Assembly: GCA_039545335.1 (NCBI GenBank)
Contig: BCIN01000002.1
Coordinates: 1,253,118-1,317,117, forward strand
Direction: 5' to 3'
From: Kondoa subrosea
Taxonomy: Eukaryota
DNA: 64,000 bases
Both the position numbers and the translations under genes were made by a program. The notes below the pieces were generated by a model. That model had not been told where the DNA came from. It ran no database searches and was given only the letters and a program-made list of their open reading frames with translations. Shown piece by piece: positions 62,574 through 64,000 of this stretch. Position 1 is the first letter of the stretch. Every line of letters begins with the position of its first letter.

Positions 62574-64000
62574 CTAGACAAGAGCCATCAAGGCTAACAT
62601 TATTGCTAAAGTACCAGCCTTTGCTATGCCTCTCTGAGAACTTGATACACTGTCAGCTACTTGAAAGAGCTTTGAGGTTTCGGTTGCGCTGCTTGAAGAC
62701 CTAGTTTTGCTGATCGAGTTTTCCAACGTTGAAACTCGCTCCGATGTTCTGCTCGATTTTGCGGCAGCCCCGGATGCTTCGCAAGGCAATGCAGCCAGAA
62801 CCGCTAGGTCAATTTTGGTCTCTTGTTTTGCTTCCTTGAAGACCACAGTAGTAGGGGCGCCCAGTGCAACATCATTCAATGATTTCCCAGCTGTGAGCTT
62901 GCCAGTATTTTGATCGAACTCGAACATCTGCAGCGATACGCCCTGCCCCTCGGCGTCACCTGAATTGACTACCGCAAGCTGTTTCCCATCTGCTGAAAGC
63001 GTCATGCCTCTTGGTATTATGCCTTCAGATGAGACGGGCTGGTCATCCCAAGCTTTAGTGATTGGTTTACCAGGATTTGTATGATCGATAGAGAAGACAG
63101 CTATTGACCCATTTGTACTATCTAGCCTTCTGTTTGATACGAGAAGCCATTTGTTGTTGGGAGAGGCGAGAATCTCAGCTGCGGCGTCCGTGGCTACTTC
63201 AGTAGCTGGTGTAGCCGGTGTAGCAGAAGTTGGAATAGTTGGTGTTCCGGCCAATAGAAGAGTAGCTTTGAATGCTTCATTTGTGTAGCAAATGGAGAAG
63301 GTATCAACAGTCTGTATATTTCAAAGTCAGAATTGTTTCCCCAACATGCAGGTGACAGCTTACATTGGAAATCTCATTCACGACATGAAGCCAAACATGC
63401 TCTGGTTCGCCTGTTGTGCCACCAATGGAGAAAACAGCGTGCCTCGGACCATTTCCACCTTCTGTAGGCACCGCCAAAGGTGGTGAAGGTATATCTGTTC
63501 ATGAGATCAGAAAGATTCGCGCTTGCAAGCAGGATATGCTCACCGTCCGCTTGATTCACAATCGCAAACTTAGATGCGAGCTCTGCAACGTGAATCACAT
63601 TCAATCCCAGATCAGGGATGACGGCAAATCGACCGGAAGGATCGACAACCACGCTGTGCGCTTTTGAAGTTTCAGGCGTCCCGAAGGGTGTATTGACAAC
63701 ATCTCCAAGGGTGCCAGAGCTTTCGACTGAGATTGAACTCAAACTGCCTTCTGAATATTGTGCGGTGAAAATAGAAGATTCGTCAGGTGACAGCGCAGAG
63801 TGTGAATATAGATCGATAGTCTTCCCGACTTGTGTCAAAGCACCAGCTTCGTCCACAGAGAAAGAAGATAAGGCTTATCACAGGATCAATGTTATACTTC
63901 TCAACCTTGCTAAAGGGAACAACACACTGCTTGCGTTTTCATCAGTAACAAAGAGTTTCTCTCCTTTACTATCTAGAGTGATCCAAGATCCTCCTGTTCC
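62574..64000 (-). CDS. Lactonase-family 7-bladed beta-propeller (6-phosphogluconolactonase/muconate cycloisomerase-like), 5' end outside the window
   Basis: AHSVVVDPSGRFAVIPDLG, GNGPRHAVFS, AAEILASPNNKWLLVSNR, PRGMTLSADGKQLAV; S/T-rich linker and hydrophobic C-terminus. Confidence 0.85.

Noticed and set aside
60251..64000. P450 plus lactonase as a secondary-metabolite cluster
   Set aside because: No backbone synthase or regulator in the window, and the left flank is housekeeping (Tim21, Blm10). Sequence beyond the right edge cannot be assessed.
1..64000. tRNA, rRNA, transposon or CRISPR features
   Set aside because: No cloverleaf, rRNA-like sequence, transposase/RT/integrase motif, terminal repeat or repeat-spacer array was seen.

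Overview
Gene-dense, intron-rich fungal genomic DNA, most likely a basidiomycete (possibly a Pucciniomycotina-type yeast; this is inferred from ~50-nt introns, GTNNGT donors, CTGAY/CTAAY branch sites and the gene content). It holds about 30 loci. The conserved genes are short-form tRNase Z, a carbonyl reductase-type SDR, two rhodaneses, a maltose-permease-type MFS transporter, Nic96, Rab8/Sec4, Sec20, pyruvate decarboxylase, Chk1, Med21, a GH72 Gas protein, Sys1, Taf9, a GH5 glucanase, Nsr1, an RTA1 protein, Emi1, Blm10/PA200, Tim21, a P450 and a lactonase. Interspersed among them are two divergent F-box/LRR(RNI)-like families that appear to be undergoing birth-and-death evolution. These show a deletion-fusion junction, an orphan C-terminal remnant, frameshifts and in-frame stops, a spliced two-unit F-box-LRR tandem, and two paralogs whose start codon appears to be created by splicing (A|TG). 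Other oddities are overlapping stop codons (Chk1/Med21), a non-canonical Blm10 C-terminus, and a GEGS motif in PDC. I found no tRNA, rRNA, transposon or CRISPR signal. Exon boundaries were read by eye and are approximate.
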